A stretch of 64,000 nucleotides of DNA from positions 17,221 through 81,220 of the forward strand of contig CAMDPW010000001.1 in NCBI GenBank assembly GCA_945905715.1, in the 5' to 3' direction. Positions 50,051-60,414 of this stretch are shown in pieces. How positions within the stretch are numbered: the first letter of the stretch is position 1; the number at the start of each line of letters is the position of its first letter. Below the pieces are notes generated by a model. The model searched no databases. It had not been told where the DNA came from and was given only the letters and a program-made list of their open reading frames with translations. The position numbers were made by a program, and so were the translations under genes. Origin of the DNA: Rickettsia typhi (GTDB lineage: Bacteria > Pseudomonadota > Alphaproteobacteria > Rickettsiales > JABSSG01).

Positions 50051-51151
50051 ATGTATCCTATACTCTTTATATACTTATCTAGGCAATATTGTCGATCTAT
50101 AACCATCGTATTAGCTGTAGTGTCAGGAGTATTTTTAATCAGTAATTATATAGATTTACTAACCAGTTCGGTCGATAGAAATATTAGCTTTATTGTAATA
50201 ACGAAACTTTCTTTTGCTAAGCTGCCTTATATGTTGCACGAGTCGATTCCTTTTTTGATATTTATTGCAGCAGTTTTGGTGTTTACTCGCATCTCAAGAG
50301 GGAATGAATACACAATTATTCAAGCTAGCGGAATATCAGTTTGGCAATTTTTATTACCTTATATGATTGTAGCATTTGTAGTGGGTGTGTTGTTTATTGC
50401 AGTACTTAACCCATTATCAACTGCACTTATGGGGTATGATCGTAAAATTTCTAATCAATATTACTCGACCACTGGTTCTGCAAGTATCTTGTCTTTTTCT
50501 GGTTCAGGCTTATGGTTCATAGATAAATTACAATTGCTTGATCAAGAAAAAAGAGTAGTTCATGCTAAATATCTTAATGCTAAAAAGGGACTGCTGTTAG
50601 ATGTGTCATTTATTATTTTAGATAAAAATTTTAATTTTATTGAACGAATTGACGCAAAAGAAGCTTTGCTTATCAAGGATGCATGGTTATTAGATACTGT
50701 TATGATTTATAAGGCGTATAAACTTGGATATAAATTAGACTCCTTAGAATTACCTACATTATTTAAAAAATATGATTTACAAAACAGTTTTATTGATCCG
50801 CAGTTTATATCAATTTGGCGACTTGCTTATTTCATTTCAATTATCAGAAATACAGGTTTTTCGACATTGCATCACGCAGCGTACTTATACAAGCTTTTAG
50901 CAAGGCCATTTATTATGAGTGGTTTGATCTTGATCGCTGCTTCATTTACCTTAGAGTCGGCGCGTTTTATATCTTCACCTAGGGTAATATTTTATAGCTT
51001 AGGAGTGGGTTCTATTCTGTTTTTTTTCATCGAGTTAATTGCAATTTTGGGAGCTCATGGCTCATTACCAAACTATCTTGCTGTGATCGCATCTGTAGTT
51101 ATAATTCAGTTTATAGGTGTTGGTCTAGTTTTGCATTTGAAGGATGGTTAG
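50051..51151 (+). CDS. LPS export ABC transporter permease, LptF/LptG (YjgP/YjgQ) family
   Basis: It has six hydrophobic segments with a large central periplasmic loop. The N-terminus YLSRQYCRSITIVLAVVSGVFLI is typical of the family. I cannot distinguish LptF from LptG by eye. Confidence 0.8.
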   Translation: MYPILFIYLSRQYCRSITIVLAVVSGVFLISNYIDLLTSSVDRNISFIVITKLSFAKLPYMLHESIPFLIFIAAVLVFTRISRGNEYTIIQASGISVWQFLLPYMIVAFVVGVLFIAVLNPLSTALMGYDRKISNQYYSTTGSASILSFSGSGLWFIDKLQLLDQEKRVVHAKYLNAKKGLLLDVSFIILDKNFNFIERIDAKEALLIKDAWLLDTVMIYKAYKLGYKLDSLELPTLFKKYDLQNSFIDPQFISIWRLAYFISIIRNTGFSTLHHAAYLYKLLARPFIMSGLILIAASFTLESARFISSPRVIFYSLGVGSILFFFIELIAILGAHGSLPNYLAVIASVVIIQFIGVGLVLHLKDG

Positions 51152-52015
51152 GTGAACGTATTTTTTTAATTTTTCCAATGCTCTGGATTCAATTTGACGT
51201 ATTCTTTCACGAGATATTTCATATTTTTTACTAAGCGTATCCAAAGTTTCTGGTACTTCCAGTAAATGTCTAGATGAGATAATATCTTTTTCACGATCGT
51301 TAAGGCATGCTAATGCTTGATTAAATAATTTCTTTCTAAGATGTAATTCTTGAGTTTGCACTAAAATCGTTTCTTGGTTCGCACGATTTTCAGGTATATA
51401 CTCCAACATGGTAGAACTACCACCCTCACTATTATAAAATGGCGCATCAAGCGAGTAATCACCACCGGCTAATCTAATATCCATTTCTCGCACTTCTTGG
51501 CGTGAAACATTTAATTGCATAGCTACGATATCTACATCTTCATTAGTTAATGAATTGTTATTACGTGCATGAAAGTTGTTAATTTTTTGTTTTATTTTAC
51601 CGAGATTAAAAAACAATTTTTTTTGTGCAACCGTAGTACCGATTTTAACCAATGACCATGATTTCATGACAAATTCTTGAATTGTAGCTTTAATCCACCA
51701 CATGGCATAGGTAGAGAGACGGTGACCAAGGTCGGGATTAAATTTTTTTACAGCATGCATTAAACCGATGTTGCCCTCGGAGATTAAGTCCATTACAGAC
51801 AAGCCATAACCGCGCATATTTAAAGCAACTTTCACTACTAATCTCAAATGGCTTGTGACAAGCTTGTGAGCAGCATTAATGTCTTGATGCTCAACTACGG
51901 CTTTGGCTAAAGTATATTCTGTATCTGCAGAAAGGATACGGTATTTTTTTATTTCTTGTAAATATCGTGTCAAACTACTAGCTTTTGACGAAAGCACACT
52001 AGTTGTTAACGTCAT
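51125..52015 (-). CDS. rpoH: RNA polymerase sigma-32 factor
   Basis: It has the RpoH box AQKKLFFNLGKIK. Region 2 carries GNIGLMHAVKKFNP, and region 4 carries ISRERIRQIESRALEKL. Confidence 0.9.
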   Translation of the reverse strand: MTLTTSVLSSKASSLTRYLQEIKKYRILSADTEYTLAKAVVEHQDINAAHKLVTSHLRLVVKVALNMRGYGLSVMDLISEGNIGLMHAVKKFNPDLGHRLSTYAMWWIKATIQEFVMKSWSLVKIGTTVAQKKLFFNLGKIKQKINNFHARNNNSLTNEDVDIVAMQLNVSRQEVREMDIRLAGGDYSLDAPFYNSEGGSSTMLEYIPENRANQETILVQTQELHLRKKLFNQALACLNDREKDIISSRHLLEVPETLDTLSKKYEISRERIRQIESRALEKLKKYVHLTILQMQN

Positions 52016-52120
52016 AACTTCTTCCTCTTTTTTTATTTAAAACCCAAATATATTATAGTTATATAATTTATTTTTTCAAGTCATATAAACTTTAAAGTAT
52101 ATTTGTAATATGCTAAAATC

Positions 52121-53467
52121 ATGCCCATGTTTACAAAACTAACAAAAGAAAAAATAGTATCTTGTTGGCTATTGCTTGGGATTACAGCAATAGGCATAGC
52201 TGCATTATATTCTATAGGACTCGTATTGTTAAGTAGCATATTTTTTGACGACTTTATGCCTTATAAAGATTTTTTTTGTTCTGCACTGATTGTTCATATT
52301 GATTTGTCAGTGCTAGTTTGGTTTTTTGCAATACAATCAGCAGTACTTAGTCAATATATTAGCGATTCATATATTTCTATAGTTGTCTTTATATTGGTAG
52401 CAGTAGGAGCGGCAATGTTAGCAGTTTCACCTTTGTATAAGGCTGTGCCTTTGATAAATAGCTATATACCAATTTTACAGAATTTTCTTTTTGCGTTCGG
52501 TCTTGCATTATTTACGTGTGGAATATTAGTGAGTAATATTTATTTTTTATATAAGTTTATTACTTCGTACAACCATACAGCCATTAATCATCAGGAGTTG
52601 TATGTCTTCTCTTCAGCTATAATTGCCTTGGTTGCTATGGCATGCATTTATATTGCTCACTATAAATTACAACAAGTCTTTTACTTAAAATATCACGGAA
52701 TAGAAGATTATTTCGAACGTTTATTTTGGGGAGGGGGTCATATATTGCAATTTTTCTACATACAGTCAATGCAATTTGCATGGATTGTACTTTATAACCG
52801 CGTTACATCTACCAACTTACAGGTTAATTGGTTCGTGTCAATGGTGGCTTTGATGAATTTGCTGGTTGTTTTGCCGATGCTATTTGTAATAGTCAATGCA
52901 GAAATTGATTCAGCTAGCTATATTATAATTTTTACAGAACATAGGCATTATTTTGTAGGCATTTCGCCAACACTCTTAGCTACTTATTTGATAATAAAAA
53001 TTATACAAAATAACCATTTAAGATGCTGTAGTTTTGAATTTTCTATTTTGATTTCTTCAATGTTGCTATTTTTTATTGGTGGAATTATTAGTTTTTTTAT
53101 TGATCAAAATGGTGCAATAATTACAGCCAATTATTATGGTCAAATAATTGGTACAGCAGTTGCATTGATGGGATTATCATATGTGTATCTTGAAACATTG
53201 AAATTTAATTTCATTAAAAATAAAATAGTTAACCTTATACCTTATTTGTATTTTACGGGCCAACTTATTTATATCGTGGGGTTAGTAATTTCTGGTGGAT
53301 ACGGGGTTTTAAGAAAAACTCCAGGAGAAGTTTTTTCTGTTAAAGTGAAAATGGCTTTAGGTTTGATGGGGTTTGGAGAGCTAGTAGCGCTAATTGGTAG
53401 TTTATTATTTGTATATATGTGCTATAGTGCATTTTTTTGTAAGTTGATCAAAGGCAACATTAGGTAA
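52121..53467 (+). CDS. 12-TM membrane protein with partial heme-copper oxidase subunit I-like histidine pattern (function unknown)
   Basis: About 12 hydrophobic helices are predicted. The motifs are SALIVHIDLSVLVWFF, LFWGGGHILQFFY, EHRHYF and GGYGVLRKTPGE. The stop overlaps the folE start (TAATG). Confidence 0.5.
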   Translation: MPMFTKLTKEKIVSCWLLLGITAIGIAALYSIGLVLLSSIFFDDFMPYKDFFCSALIVHIDLSVLVWFFAIQSAVLSQYISDSYISIVVFILVAVGAAMLAVSPLYKAVPLINSYIPILQNFLFAFGLALFTCGILVSNIYFLYKFITSYNHTAINHQELYVFSSAIIALVAMACIYIAHYKLQQVFYLKYHGIEDYFERLFWGGGHILQFFYIQSMQFAWIVLYNRVTSTNLQVNWFVSMVALMNLLVVLPMLFVIVNAEIDSASYIIIFTEHRHYFVGISPTLLATYLIIKIIQNNHLRCCSFEFSILISSMLLFFIGGIISFFIDQNGAIITANYYGQIIGTAVALMGLSYVYLETLKFNFIKNKIVNLIPYLYFTGQLIYIVGLVISGGYGVLRKTPGEVFSVKVKMALGLMGFGELVALIGSLLFVYMCYSAFFCKLIKGNIR

Positions 53468-54048
53468 TGAATAAAATAAAAAAACCATCGCAAGAAGAAG
53501 CAGAAGAAGCTGTAAGGACATTAATTCGTTGGCTTGGAGATGATCCAAATAGAGGTGGATTACTAGATACTCCAAGAAGAGTCGTTAAAAGTTATACTGA
53601 GTGTTTTCTTGGTTACAATCAAGATCCAGCAGAAATCATAAACAAAACATTCCCTGATATTGCTGGGTATAACGATATTGTGTTATTACAAGATATCAGC
53701 TTTATATCTTTCTGTGAACACCATATCTTGCCTTTTAAAGGGAAGGTAAATGTAGCATATATTCCAAATAATCAAGTTGTAGGCATTAGTAAGATTGTTC
53801 GTATTGTAGATATTTTATCAAAAAGGCTACAAATTCAGGAAAGATTAACTGCGCAAATTGCCAATATTATTGACTCAAGCTTAAAGCCATTAGGTGTAGC
53901 AGCTTCTATTACTGCAGAGCATGAGTGTATGGCTTGTAGAGGAGCTAATAAATATGGAACTAAAGTAAGTACTAACCATATGCTTGGTTTGTTTTTGGAG
54001 GATATTAATTTGCGTCATACATTGCTGACTTTATTTAATAAAAAATAA
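53467..54048 (+). CDS. folE: GTP cyclohydrolase I (FolE type 1)
   Basis: It carries FCEHHILPF and ITAEHECMACRG. Confidence 0.9.
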   Translation: MNKIKKPSQEEAEEAVRTLIRWLGDDPNRGGLLDTPRRVVKSYTECFLGYNQDPAEIINKTFPDIAGYNDIVLLQDISFISFCEHHILPFKGKVNVAYIPNNQVVGISKIVRIVDILSKRLQIQERLTAQIANIIDSSLKPLGVAASITAEHECMACRGANKYGTKVSTNHMLGLFLEDINLRHTLLTLFNKK

Positions 54049-54063
54049 TCTTAAGGAATTATT

Positions 54064-55077
54064 ATGAAATATAATGTCGCAGTAGTCGGTGCAACAGGGA
54101 ATGTAGGTACATCAATGTTGTCAATACTTGCTGAAAGGAATTTTCCGATAGCAAATATCTACGCAATAGCATCTCGAAGTTCTCTTGGTAAAGAAATAAG
54201 TTTTGGTGAAGAAAGAATATTAAAAATTCAATCACTAGATAATTTTGATTTTTCAGGAGTAGATATTGCATTGTTTTCTCCTGGTAGTGCGGTATCTTCT
54301 AAGTATGCACCAATTGCAGCGGCAGCAGGCTGTGTAGTAATTGATAATACTTCTTATTTTAGAATGAATCACAATATTCCTTTAATAATACCAGAAATAA
54401 ATGGCAACCAAATTCAGTTTTATAAAAAAAGAAACATTATTGCCAATCCAAATTGCGCGGTAATTGGACTTTTGATGGCGTTGAAGCCTTTACATGATTT
54501 AGTAGCAATAAAAAGAGTAGTAGTTGCAACTTATCAATCAGTTTCTGGAGCTGGAAAGCAGGGCATGGAAGAGCTATTTGAGCAGACTAAGGGAATATTG
54601 ACTTATAAAAAAATGAATACACAAAAATTTTCAAGACAGATAGCTTTTAATTTGATTCCACAAATTGATAGCTTTGAACAAAATGGCTTTACTAAAGAAG
54701 AAAATAAAATTCGCGATGAAACCAAAAAAATCTTGAGTTCAGATATAGAGGTAGTTGCTACTTGCGTTAGAGTGCCGGTGTTTATTGGTCATAGTGTGGC
54801 AGTAAATATTGAATTTTGCGATCAAATCAGCGTTAAAGAAGCAATAAAATCTTTAAAAAAAATGCCTGGCGTAGTAATAGTTGAGAGTTTGGAGTCGTTT
54901 AATACTCCAGCAGAATGCGCAGGAGAAGATGCGGTTTATGTATCTCGTGTGCGAGAGGATTACAGTGTAAAAAATGGCCTGTGTTTATGGGTAGTTTTTG
55001 ATAATATCAAAAAAGGCGCAGCTTTAAATGCTGTACAAATTGCAGAGCTTTTAATAAAAAATTATTTAAAAAAATAG
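54064..55077 (+). CDS. asd: Aspartate-semialdehyde dehydrogenase
   Basis: It carries VAVVGATGNVG and the active-site motif ANPNCAVI. It also has SVSGAG. Confidence 0.9.
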   Translation: MKYNVAVVGATGNVGTSMLSILAERNFPIANIYAIASRSSLGKEISFGEERILKIQSLDNFDFSGVDIALFSPGSAVSSKYAPIAAAAGCVVIDNTSYFRMNHNIPLIIPEINGNQIQFYKKRNIIANPNCAVIGLLMALKPLHDLVAIKRVVVATYQSVSGAGKQGMEELFEQTKGILTYKKMNTQKFSRQIAFNLIPQIDSFEQNGFTKEENKIRDETKKILSSDIEVVATCVRVPVFIGHSVAVNIEFCDQISVKEAIKSLKKMPGVVIVESLESFNTPAECAGEDAVYVSRVREDYSVKNGLCLWVVFDNIKKGAALNAVQIAELLIKNYLKK

Positions 55078-55761
55078 CTTATTATTAATAGTCTGAAAGA
55101 CTCTTATAGCTTCTAAGAGTAAAGAAAAATAAGAATAATTAGAATTTATGTCATATAATAAGGTCATTTTAAGTAAGTTTCGGAATGGGCACTAAAATCC
55201 AAAATAATAAAATGATATTTTTTATAAATCCTCCAGGAATGGAATGTAGACAGTAATGAGCAATGCTAAGTTTGGTACTGAATTTCTATTGTCAATTTTC
55301 AGAAGTCAAATAGTAAATTTCTTATCTTTACAAAATACACTACTAACAAGTGCTGATAACTTTAAAAAATTCAATGTTCTAGTCTTTAGATAGTAACTTC
55401 TAATCTAAAGAGACTTCTAACACTCTAAAATAACACTTTGTGCACCACTTTACTATTTAGTGTATTGCGTTGGTCATTTTGACTATTAAATTTTTTGCTT
55501 AATTTTTATTATAACGTAGTAAGGGCAGAAGGATTCATGGTAGGTAAAGGCGTCATTAGATTTGGATTGAGACTAAGTCTAATCTATGAAAATTAGGCAA
55601 AAACCTATATAAGCAGTTATAATTACTATGTTTTACACTTGTTCAAAGCGCTTATCATTTTTTAACAAATGGTATCATAATTATTTTATATGGTACATAC
55701 TTGCTATGTCGCTAGTATACTAACTAAGTGAGTAGTGTGACAAATTATTTTTGCGCATAAT

Positions 55762-56496
55762 TTATCGCTCTAGATGGCTACCACTATCTAATAAAAGATT
55801 TACCCCAGTCATGGATTTTGTTTTGATAATAAAATCAATAGCTTCACATATCTCTTGTGTGGTAGTTACGGTTGCTAGTGGAGAATTATTTACTAACCAA
55901 TGAAAATGATTTTCTGATTGTTTACTATCCTTACATACATTGCCTGGACTGATTGCGTTTACTCTACAACGCGGAGCAAGTTGTAAGGCCATTTGTTTAG
56001 TAGCATTTAATAAAGCGGATTTACTCAAGTTGTATGAAAAAAAATTTTTAGTGGCATTAACGACTGTATAATCAAGAATATTAATAATATTCAGCCTGTC
56101 TTCTGTATTGCTTTTTATAAATGCCGCTGAAAGCATAACAGGAGACAAGCAATTAATTTGCATATGCTTGTTAAGCAAAGAGATATTAAGATTGTTTGCT
56201 GAATCATTCTCGAAATGTGCGGCATTATTAATTAGTAAGTTTGCTTTGCCAAATTTTTGTTCAATTTCAATCAATATTTTCTCAATATTATTTACATTAT
56301 TTAGATCAGCTTGGATGTAAATACTATTTGTTATATCATTGATATATTTACTGAGTTCCTTAGCCTGCATTTCAGAGTTGTTGTAGTGTATTGCTACGTA
56401 CCAGCCATTTTTAGCCAGAGATATTGCTATGTCTCTACCAATGCTGGTAGCAGCGCCAGTAACAAGCGCAATTTTTTTAGGTATTTTAGCTTGCAT
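55762..56496 (-). CDS. Short-chain dehydrogenase/reductase, pteridine reductase (PTR1/FolM)-like
   Basis: It carries ALVTGAATSIGRDIAISLAKNGWYVAIHYNNS, to compare with the PTR1-type TGAAKRLG...HY motif. It also has NNAA and the catalytic YNLSK. Confidence 0.7.
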   Translation of the reverse strand: MQAKIPKKIALVTGAATSIGRDIAISLAKNGWYVAIHYNNSEMQAKELSKYINDITNSIYIQADLNNVNNIEKILIEIEQKFGKANLLINNAAHFENDSANNLNISLLNKHMQINCLSPVMLSAAFIKSNTEDRLNIINILDYTVVNATKNFFSYNLSKSALLNATKQMALQLAPRCRVNAISPGNVCKDSKQSENHFHWLVNNSPLATVTTTQEICEAIDFIIKTKSMTGVNLLLDSGSHLER

Positions 56497-56583
56497 TTTT
56501 ACTCAGTTCATTCAATACTATCTTGTCATAAGTGCTATATGTGAATCATTCTTGAGATTAAGTAAAGAGAGAAAAGTAAAACG

Positions 56584-58320
56584 ATGCATGATTTATCATT
56601 TTTGCCTAGTGTGCTGTGGATTTTAATTGCCGCTGTATTAGTAGTAGCAATTTTCCGTAGATTTCATTTAAGTCCAGTTTTAGGGTATTTTGTAGCTGGA
56701 GCAGCTATTGGCGATCATGGCTTACAATTTGTTCGCGCTAATGATATCGAGGTATTTGGAGAGTTTGGCGTAGTATTTTTGTTATTTGCTATTGGTTTGG
56801 AATTGACGTTTGAACGCTTGAAGTCAATGCGTCTTCATGTCTTTGGTTTTGGTGGTTTACAAGTATTAATTACTGCTGTAGTTATATGGGGGTTAGCTCA
56901 CTATCTTTATAATGTTAAAGCAAGTTCAGCCGTGGTTATTGGTGGAGGTTTTGCTCTGTCGTCAACAGCAATAGTGATGCAAGTCATTGCTGAAAACCGC
57001 AAGCAATCTACTCAAGTAGGTAGACTTTCACTCGCAATATTGTTAATGCAAGATTTTGCGGTAGTACCATTATTAGTGCTAATACCTTTGTTAGCTAGTG
57101 GTGGTGATTCCGTAGGTGTAATTGAGTTAATGGGTATGGCCATGTTAAAAGCTGTACTTACTCTATTGATAATTTTTATTTTGGGTAGATTATTTTTAAG
57201 ACCTATTTTTCGTGCAATTAATCCATCTAACCAGTTCAAAAATAATGAATTATTCATTGCTACTACTTTAGTTATAGTTTTAGCATCAGCCTGGGCTACA
57301 GAGCACATGGGATTATCTCTTGCTCTTGGTGCGTTTGTTGCTGGATTATTGGTAGCAGAAACCGAGTATCACTTACAAGCAGAGGAAAGTATCAATCCAT
57401 TTAAAGGTTTGTTACTTGGCTTGTTTTTTATGACTGTAGGGATGTCCTTGAATGTGCAGCTCATAGTGCAAGAGGTAAATACAATTTTATTGTTATCTTT
57501 GAGTCTCATAGCTATTAAAGCAGTGATTATTATTGGTTTGTGTCGGTTGTTTAAGTTTAAATGGGGTACTACCATACATGCTGGTTTACTTCTATCACAA
57601 GGGAGCGAATTTGCTTTTATCTTATTTGGTTTGGCAGTGCAGCAAGATATTGTCACACAAAGTGCTGGTCAAATTTTGATGATAGTTGTAACCATTACTA
57701 TGGCTTTAACCCCGCTACTATCTATTTTGGGTGATTTCGTAGATGAAAAATTAGATAAGAAGGAAAAAATGGATTATGACGAGATCAACCAAGACATTGC
57801 TGATCTTGATCAGCATGTTATTATTGCTGGCTTTGGTAGGGTAGGCAAAATGGTTGCTCGCTTGCTTGAGGCGGAAAAAGTGAATTATATTGCATTAGAT
57901 GCTAATCCTAACCATGTAGCTCATGAGCGCAGAGAGGCTTTTCCATTATATTTAGGTGATTCAAGTAATATGGAAATGCTAGAGTCAGTTGGCTTAAAAA
58001 GAGCTAAATCAGTAATTATTACAATTGACAATATGATAACTTTAAAAAAATGTACCAAGATTATTAGGCAGCATATGCCTAAAATCCCAATAGTTGTACG
58101 CACTAAAGACCTGAGCAATGCAGAGGAGTTATATAAAATTGGTGCAACAATTATAGTACCAGAAACTTATGAAACAGGATTGCAAATGGGCGGAGCAGTA
58201 CTTAAATCTATTGGTGTAAGTGAATATGAAGTAAGTCGTATTAAAAATCGTTTCAGGCTTGGTAATTACGTTATTGCTCAGGAAGATGAATATGAAGAGT
58301 CATTGAATGAAGCAATTTAA
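56584..58320 (+). CDS. CPA2-family K+/H+ antiporter with C-terminal RCK/TrkA-N domain (KefB/KefC-like)
   Basis: A polytopic Na+/H+-exchanger-type N-domain is followed by IIAGFGRVGKMVARLL, the Rossmann motif of RCK domains. Confidence 0.85.
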   Translation: MHDLSFLPSVLWILIAAVLVVAIFRRFHLSPVLGYFVAGAAIGDHGLQFVRANDIEVFGEFGVVFLLFAIGLELTFERLKSMRLHVFGFGGLQVLITAVVIWGLAHYLYNVKASSAVVIGGGFALSSTAIVMQVIAENRKQSTQVGRLSLAILLMQDFAVVPLLVLIPLLASGGDSVGVIELMGMAMLKAVLTLLIIFILGRLFLRPIFRAINPSNQFKNNELFIATTLVIVLASAWATEHMGLSLALGAFVAGLLVAETEYHLQAEESINPFKGLLLGLFFMTVGMSLNVQLIVQEVNTILLLSLSLIAIKAVIIIGLCRLFKFKWGTTIHAGLLLSQGSEFAFILFGLAVQQDIVTQSAGQILMIVVTITMALTPLLSILGDFVDEKLDKKEKMDYDEINQDIADLDQHVIIAGFGRVGKMVARLLEAEKVNYIALDANPNHVAHERREAFPLYLGDSSNMEMLESVGLKRAKSVIITIDNMITLKKCTKIIRQHMPKIPIVVRTKDLSNAEELYKIGATIIVPETYETGLQMGGAVLKSIGVSEYEVSRIKNRFRLGNYVIAQEDEYEESLNEAI

Positions 58321-58780
58321 AACAATTACAATGTTATTTGTTATGTTGTTCATAGTTAAAATATGCATTGCTGGTGTATTGCCACGTTTTGTTTCTCTTA
58401 AGTCAAATGAAGTTAACTTAAGAGCAGGACCAAGCAAGAATTATCCGATTAAATGGGTAATAAAAAATAAAGGCGAGCCAGTTGAGGTTATAACTGAATT
58501 TGAACAATGGCGAGAAATCAGAGATAAAGACGGAGACAGTGGCTGGGTTCATGAGGCTATGTTAAGTGGTAATAGATCAGTGGTTGTGATTAGCGATATT
58601 GCCCAATCGCTTTATCGAGATTCTGAAGGTAGTAAAAAAATTGCTCAAATAAACCGTGGTGTTAGAGCTAAACTATTAACATGCCAAAATGAATGGTGTT
58701 ATATATCAGTTGATAAGTATAAAGGCTGGATTGCGCGTAATGTTCTTTGGGGAGTTTTTAAAGATGAGCGCTTCGATTAG
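58307..58780 (+). CDS. Bacterial SH3-domain protein (secreted, DUF1058-like)
   Basis: It has a signal peptide. It then reads PRFVSLKSNEVNLRAGPSKNYPIKWV...DGDSGWVH, the alphaproteobacterial SH3b pattern. Confidence 0.75.
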   Translation: MKQFKTITMLFVMLFIVKICIAGVLPRFVSLKSNEVNLRAGPSKNYPIKWVIKNKGEPVEVITEFEQWREIRDKDGDSGWVHEAMLSGNRSVVVISDIAQSLYRDSEGSKKIAQINRGVRAKLLTCQNEWCYISVDKYKGWIARNVLWGVFKDERFD

Positions 58781-59043
58781 TTCTTAAGTGCAATCAAAAT
58801 TCCTTACTCAATAGACTAAGAAAAAGTATCGATATTTAGGGGGTAGATGTATAATCCTAAAATTGCTGGCTAACATAGTTTAATTTTTTTTGAGGGGAAT
58901 GAGGTCGTTGTAAGTTAATAATCTACTACTCACTTTTAAATTTACAAATATTAGTTAAGTTAATTTTTTTCTTGCTGAAAGATTAGTATAATTTATACTT
59001 TCTTTGAGTTAAATCGTAATATATTTGCTTAAGGAGCAGTCAA

Positions 59044-60414
59044 TTGTTGTGGAATCAAAATAATGTAGTAGAAGCTACCGGCGCTAAGACATTTGGCTCT
59101 TGGAAAGCAAGTAGGGTTTGTATTGACACTAGAGCAATAGAAGCAAATGATTTGTTTGTTGCTTTTAAAGGTGCGAATGTTGATGGACATCACTATGTTG
59201 CCGAGGCTTTCAAGAGAGGGGCAAGTGCTTCTATGGTAGAATATATTCCAGAAAAAGTTGATTGTTCAAAACTAATTTTAGTAAAAAACTGTCAAAAAGG
59301 CTTGGAGGATTTAGCGATTTATAATCGCAAAAGACTACATGCAAAAATCATTGCTGTTACTGGTAGCGTTGGCAAAACCAGCACTAAAGAATCTTTATTT
59401 TTAGCTTTTTCTGCTTTGGGCGCTACTTATACTAGTCAAGGTAATTATAACAATCATTTAGGGTTGCCTATTAGCTTAGCATCTATTCCTATTTCTACAA
59501 AATATGCAATTCTTGAAATGGGAATTAGTAATGTAGGAGAAATGTCTTATCTTACGAATTTAACTCGACCTGATGTAGTGATTATAACTAATATTACTGG
59601 CGTTCATTTGGCCAATTTTAACTCAGAAGAAGAAATTGCTAAATCTAAGTCTGAAGTTTTTGTAGGGTTAAATAAAAATGGGGTAGCAATTTTAAACATA
59701 GAAAGTAATTTTTTCTCTACACAAGTAAATGAGGCAAAAAAATACGGAGTCGGTAACATCATCACTTTTGGTAAAGAAGGTGATAGTTTTTTGATAAGCA
59801 ATAAAGTACTTGATCAAGGTATTGCTGTAAAGGCTCAAATCATTGGTATTAAATTAGATTATCACTTATCTTCTTATGGATTGCATCATGTACATAATAG
59901 TTTAGCAGTATTATCAGCTGTTCAGTTCTTAGGTGGAGATTTAAAAGTTGCTGCTAAAGCTCTGATGGCCTTTAAAAATATCAAAGGTCGGGGAGAAGTA
60001 AGTGAAGTAATAATATGTAATAAACGTATTACTTTGATTGATGATAGTTACAATGCCAGCCCAATGTCTTTAAGAGCCGCGTTATCAACAATGCATGCTA
60101 GTTTTCCAACTAAAAGATGCGTGGTAATTTTAGGTGATATGCGTGAACTCGGGCATAATGAGATTGCAGAGCATAAAAATATAGCACAAGACATAATCGA
60201 AAACAAGATTCATAAGGTAATTGCTATTGGTAGGTTAATGAGATATCTATACGATGAATTGCCAGAGAGTATATGCTTGGAATATTATATAGATGTTAAT
60301 GAATCTTTTGCCAGTATACTTGCTTTGCTTTCAGACGGTGATGTGGTATTGGTTAAAGGTTCAAACGGTACTAAAGTTTATAAATTAATTGATTATTTTA
60401 AAGAGCAAGGATGA
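59044..60414 (+). CDS. murF: UDP-N-acetylmuramoyl-tripeptide--D-alanyl-D-alanine ligase
   Basis: It carries [13 protein letters not shown] and DDSYNASP. The TTG start lies 7 nt after AAGGAG. Confidence 0.9.
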   Translation: MLWNQNNVVEATGAKTFGSWKASRVCIDTRAIEANDLFVAFKGANVDGHHYVAEAFKRGASASMVEYIPEKVDCSKLILVKNCQKGLEDLAIYNRKRLHAKIIAVTGSVGKTSTKESLFLAFSALGATYTSQGNYNNHLGLPISLASIPISTKYAILEMGISNVGEMSYLTNLTRPDVVIITNITGVHLANFNSEEEIAKSKSEVFVGLNKNGVAILNIESNFFSTQVNEAKKYGVGNIITFGKEGDSFLISNKVLDQGIAVKAQIIGIKLDYHLSSYGLHHVHNSLAVLSAVQFLGGDLKVAAKALMAFKNIKGRGEVSEVIICNKRITLIDDSYNASPMSLRAALSTMHASFPTKRCVVILGDMRELGHNEIAEHKNIAQDIIENKIHKVIAIGRLMRYLYDELPESICLEYYIDVNESFASILALLSDGDVVLVKGSNGTKVYKLIDYFKEQG

